DNA from: Octopus sinensis
Taxonomy: Eukaryota
Assembly: GCF_006345805.1 (NCBI RefSeq)
Contig: NC_043004.1
Span: 26,722,001 to 26,786,000, forward strand
Reading direction: 5' to 3'
DNA: 64,000 bases
Below the pieces are notes generated by a model, which saw only the letters and a list, made by a program, of their open reading frames with translations, was not told the DNA's origin and did no database searches. The translations under genes were made by a program, and so were the position numbers. This document shows, piece by piece, positions 58,830-64,000 of the stretch; position 1 is the first letter of the stretch, and every line of letters begins with the position of its first letter.

Positions 58830-60110
58830 TTCATCATCATCATCGTTTAACGTCCGTTCTCCATGCTAGCATGGGTTGGACGGTTCGACTGGGGATCTGG
58901 GAAGCCAGAAGGCTGCACCAGGCTCCAGAATGATCTGGCAGTGTTTCTACAGCTGGATGACCTTCCTAATGCCAACCACTCCTTGAGTGTAGTGGGTGCT
59001 TATTATGTGCCACCGAGGTGCCAGGCGAGGCTGGCAACAGCCACGATTGGATTGGTGCATTTTACGTGCCATCAGCACGGAAGCCAGTCAAGGTGGCGCT
59101 GGCATTGGCCACAATTCGGATGGTGCTTTTTATGTGCCACCGGCAGAGGGATCACAACTGCAATTTCCATTGATTTTGATGTTAGTGTACTTGACTCAAT
59201 GGATCATCTCGAGCACAGAGTCGAAATGGTGTTTCTTCACTTGCCACCTGCACAGGAGTCAGTCCAGCGGTCCTGGCAACTGCCTGGTGCCAGTCATAGG
59301 ATTGGTTCAATTTCGATTCCGATTTCACTTGCCCCAACAGGTCTTCGCAAGCAGAGTTTAGTGTCCAATAAAGGGAGGTTGGCATGGGTGCCTGTCGTTG
59401 GATGAGGTTCGATTTCGACTCCGCTTGCCTCAACAGGTTTTTGTGTGTTCAAGGGAGGAAAGGCATGCATAAATGGGCTGGACTCACTTGTCCTGCCGGG
59501 TCTTCTCACGCACAGCATATTTCCAAAGGTCTCGGTTGCTGGTCATTGCCTCGGTGAGGCTTAAAGTTCGAAGGTCGTGCTTCACCACCTCGTCCCAGGT
59601 TTTCCTGGGTCTACCTCTTCCACGGGTTCCCTCAACTGCTAGGGATTGGCACTTTTTCACACACCTATCTTCAGCCATTCTCGCCACATGACCATACCAG
59701 TGCAATCGTCTCTCTTGCACACCACAGCTGACGCTTCTTAGGTCCAACTTTTCTCTCAAGGTACTTACACTCTGTCGAGTATGTACACTGACATTACACA
59801 TCTATCAGAGCATACTGGCTTCATTCCTCGTAAACTTACGTATATCCTCAGCAGTCACAGCCCATGTTTCACTGCCATGTAGTATGGCTGTTCGTACACA
59901 TGCATCATACAATCTGCCTTTTACTCTGAGCGAGAGGCCTTTAGTCACCAGCAGAGGTAAGAGTTCTCTGAACTTTGCCCAGACTATTCTTACTCTAACA
60001 GTTACACTTTCAGCACACCCACCCCTGCTACTGATTTGGTCACCTAGATAATGGAAGCTATCAACTACTTCTAGTTTTTCCCTCTGGAAGGTGATGGAAG
60101 TTGTTATTGA
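58830..60110 (-). mobile_element. RTE LINE 3' fragment
   Basis: LEVVDSFHYLG...GRPRKTWDEVVK...KTRQDK, then 3' UTR and (CAT)n tail. Confidence 0.95.
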
Positions 60111-61700
60111 AGAAATTATTTTCCAGATTAACATCAAGTCCTGTATAGTATTATACTATATAAGAAAAGTTATGTGTTGAAAGGGACACTTTGATATATG
60201 ATGTATGAAGATTACATTATTGAGATTGGTAAGTGAGGGATGCAACAACTGGTAAATTGAAGATAACACAGAATTCATAGATGAATGCTTAAAGACAGAG
60301 AGAGGTCAAACTAATATGAAGAAATTGTGTTCAACAATAAACTTCTATACAAAGTGAACAAGGTCACAAAAATATCACTCCAAAAATATCACTACTTTTA
60401 GCAATCTGAAATGGTTTACAATATTTTTCTAAAAAACAACCACATACCAGTGTGTAAAATAAACATATCTTAACATCAATTCCCATATTTATACTTTGTA
60501 TTTATTTTGCAAGATTCTTGTTGTGATCTTATGCAGGTTGAAACATATTTTAAGGTCATTATGCCAGTAATAAACCCACATACTGGTTCTATTTCCCTTC
60601 CTTATTATTCATCAATTGTTTAACTATTTAATCACTTAACCAATCAATTGTTTGATTTATCATTAGTTAATCACTCAATCAGTTTTGTTTGTTAAAGACC
60701 TTTTGTCACTATTTGCAACCTCTTCAGTGACATACCACTCAACTCCAGGTCAGCTTCAAGTCTGTCTGTATGTCTCTTAATTTTTTTATCTACATTTAAG
60801 TAGTTCTATGAATGTGAGTGAGAATGTACTTGAAGGAGGAAGGAAAGAGAAAGAGAAGGTGAGTGTTATTTTCTATTCTATGTTCCTTAGTTTGTAGGAA
60901 AGAAACTATCTGACTCTATGGAGATGAAATCCATACTCCTGGGCTTCCTGCAACTCCCTGTCTCCACAGCCATTACACAAAACTGTGGTTTGAGCTCCAA
61001 CCCACAGACAATCTCTCTTTTTCATGTACTGCTCTATATTAGTTACAACATTTCCCAGAACTGACTTTATCTTTTACTTCTCTACATTCTGAGGCTCTCT
61101 ATTCCTCACCACCTATTCAATATTTTTGTTGTTGTTTGACCATCATCGGTTCCTCTAATTTAAAGTCAAACAATCATTATATATCATCAACTTCTGCTGT
61201 GAGTTTCTTTTGAAGCCCATGTCACATTTCTTACTTTTGTTGAAGTTTAGTAATATATTTATGGGTAGGTTTGTTTAGCACCAGGCCAGCTCTGATTGAA
61301 CAGACTTAAGATTATAAGCATTCCAGTCAAGGCCATCATTTCTGTTTTACAAGCAGTATATTAGAGACGACATTATTCAATGTTTCCTTCTTTTGAAGAT
61401 GTAGGGGGGGGGGGGGTGTGATTGGTTTGAAGGAGATTTGGTTGCTATTTTTAGCAGATTGAATGATCATATAGAGATTCCTTGTTGGTTCTGTTGATGT
61501 AGTTGCTAAAGCCTTTAAGAAATTATAATTAATTACTAAATAATTAGTCTATTAAATAGTTTATCTGTATGATGATATCTCACTGCAAGTGAAAACACAG
61601 GAATTGTCTCAGCAGCACATGAGATGGTCAATTAAAAAAATAGTAAGAAGTAGCTAATAATTGATTAATAAACAAATCAATAACAAACATGATTGATATA

Positions 61701-62212
61701 CCATAAATCCTCGAGTATAATCTGCATTTTTTTCCCAAAATTTAAAGGTCAAAATCCCTAGTGCATACTATATACGAGATTAAAAATGAAAATTATTTTC
61801 TAAGCAATCTCCGAGTCTCTATTTGCTGTCTGGCTATGTTTATTCAGACACATTTTGTGATGTTGGGCATGAAAATACCTTAAGCTAAGCTTGAAAGCAA
61901 TGAAGTCATAAAAGAATCATCCATAACTTTCAGTAAGCAACATTTATTAAATGTTATTACTGTTATTTCTTTATTTTCTGCAAACAAAATGCACAAAAAA
62001 GCTACACTTTTGTATTATGTTATATGTACAATAATGATAAAGGATGTTACCATATACATTTTTACAAACCAAGGATGTTATATAGATCTCCTTGACTCAA
62101 GTTAGAGAAGGGGTGCATATTATACACAAGGTTTTGGTTTTTCAGAGGTACAGCCCACTAAAAATCCCCTGCGTATTATACTCAATGGTGGACTATACTC
62201 AAGGATTTACGG
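61701..62212. mobile_element. Tc2/pogo-like MITE
   Basis: TA flanks, about 20-bp TIRs CC(A/G)TAAATCCT(C/T)GAGTATA and subterminal GC(G/A)TATTATAC repeats. Confidence 0.8.
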
Positions 62213-62349
62213 TAATTGTTTATTGGCGCCACAAACATTATCTCAGCAATTTGCTAAAACTATTCTGAAGGATGGAAACAGCAAGCATATTTTATTAACA
62301 ACCATTGTTTGCTCTGTATGTGTGTGTGTGTGTGTGTGCGTGTGTGTGA

Positions 62350-62760
62350 ATATCATCATCACCATCCTTTAATGTCTGTTTCCTGTGCTAGCATGAGTTG
62401 GACAAGCTGGCAAGCTGGAGAGTTGCACCAAGTTCTAGTTTGATTTGGTTTGGTTTCTATAGTAGCATGCCCTTCCTAATACCAACCACTTTACAGTTGT
62501 GCTGGGTCCTTTTAACATGGCACCACATGAGTGCTTTTACATAAGCAATGGCACAAGTGCTTTTTATGAGGCACTGGTACATGTCTCTCGCAGGCCAATC
62601 CTCTTCACCATGGAGGATGGGTCTTCTTGAGTACAGCAAGGTACCAGGTATCTCAGTCCTTTTTCTTCTCATCTGAAAAGTTCAGTGTCCTGAGGTTGTC
62701 CTACAGTACTTCATCCCATGTCTTCCTAGGTCTCCCTCTTCTACAGGTTCCATCCACATA
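62350..62760 (-). mobile_element. Old RTE 3' end remnant
   Basis: Diverged match to the RTE tail and to the GRPRKTWDEV region. Confidence 0.7.
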
Positions 62761-62771
62761 TGTATATAAAC

Positions 62772-62802
<31 letters not shown>

Positions 62803-62809
62803 CGTGTGT

Positions 62810-63525
62810 GTGTGTAAGTCCAGAGAGATAGATGAGATACTTGAACAGAAATACATAGATGTGTGCTATGTCCAAGAGCTATGATGGAGGAGAGCCTCAG
62901 CCAGACTGCTTACTGGTAAAGGCCATAGATACAAATTCTGGGTAGGCAACAATGAAGGCTTAGGCGGTATAGATATTCTATGAAAAGAGATATAGGTGGA
63001 TAAGGTGATTGAAGTAATCAGGGTATGTGATAGGATTATTAAGCTAAGAATACCCTTGTGTGATGTAACTGTGTCAGTTATCTCTGCATATGTTCCACAT
63101 GCCAGACTTGTAGATACTTGGAAGGGCCACTTTTATGAATCTCTTCTGAGGACTACTTTGATGACGAAAGATGATGACATTCTCATCATGGCAGGGGACT
63201 TCAATGGACATGTTGGACAACACTGTGATAGATTTCAGGGTGTGCATGGTGGTTACAGCTTTGGCTCCAGAAATGAGAAGAGGACAACACTACTGGAGTT
63301 TTGCAATGCTCATGGCTAACTAGTCTGCAACACCAACTTCAGAGAACCTGCCAACCATCTGATCACTTATCAATCTGTACACCAGCCAAATTGACTACAT
63401 CCTCACCAGACACAGAGATAAATATATGCTCTTAAATGCAAAATCTTTCCCAGGGAAAGAATGTACAACACAATGTAAGCTAGTGGTTGGTGACTTCAGG
63501 CTTAGGGCCAGAAAGATTCAAAGAC
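62810..63525 (+). mobile_element. RTE APE endonuclease fragment, decayed
   Basis: KSREIDEILE...DVCYVQE, VISAYVPH, AGDFNGHVG and QIDYIL. Confidence 0.9.
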
Positions 63526-63871
63526 ACAAGCATTGGTGAATACTAGTAATGGTAGTGTGAGTATGTTGTTGATTGTCTATTTGGTTGGATATTTTTCCTG
63601 TCTTCTCACAGAACATCCATACATGGTCTTTGATGGGAGAGGCCGTCATATATATATATATTATATATATATATATTATCCAAAGTGAACAGTATTATAT
63701 ATCCCACATGGCTGATCTTACCGCTGGATACTCTTGCTGTTTACTTTGATTTTAATCCCCTTATTTTGAAATTGTATAGATAATATTGTACTACATTCTG
63801 GTGCCTCATCTTAAGTACCTAAATCATCTGAATCTAAATTTTTGCTATATATATATATATATATATATATA

Positions 63872-64000
63872 GGTGCAGGAGTGGCTGTGTGGTAAGTAGC
63901 TTGCTTACCAACCACATGGTTCTAGGTTCAGTCCCACTGCGTGGCACCTTGGGCAAGTGTCTTCTACTATAGACTTGGGCCAACCAAAGCCTTGTGAGAG
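63872..64000 (+). mobile_element. SINE family 1, 5' part (runs off the window)
   Basis: Matches the family 1 head. Confidence 0.9.

Overview
Eukaryotic, AT-rich, repeat-dominated DNA. It is most likely from an octopus (coleoid cephalopod), inferred from the tRNA-derived SINE families, the RTE LINE subfamily and the very long (TA)n/(TATG)n/(AAT)n microsatellites. I recognise no host protein-coding gene, rRNA, tRNA gene or CRISPR array, and most listed ORFs are microsatellite or antisense artefacts. The window is a mosaic of mobile elements. These include several RTE LINEs (one young 5'-truncated copy has an uninterrupted 917-aa frame and a PHD-like C4HC3 finger inside its RT), plus BovB-type RTE, CR1, R4/Dong-like, Gypsy, Helitron, mini-Helitron, Tc1/mariner (DD37D, DD36E, DD34D-type), MITE and SINE remnants. 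Two themes stand out. (1) Short Penelope-like (PLE)-type remnants sit in microsatellites and carry hammerhead-ribozyme (HHR) folds. One is a perfect 132-bp palindrome encoding a type I HHR on both strands; another is a small family with a shared non-canonical core. (2) Inverted duplications and palindromes are unusually dense, and three of them are about 95-97% identical and sit at transposon breakpoints. All alignments, folds and counts were done by eye; no database search or folding program was run.
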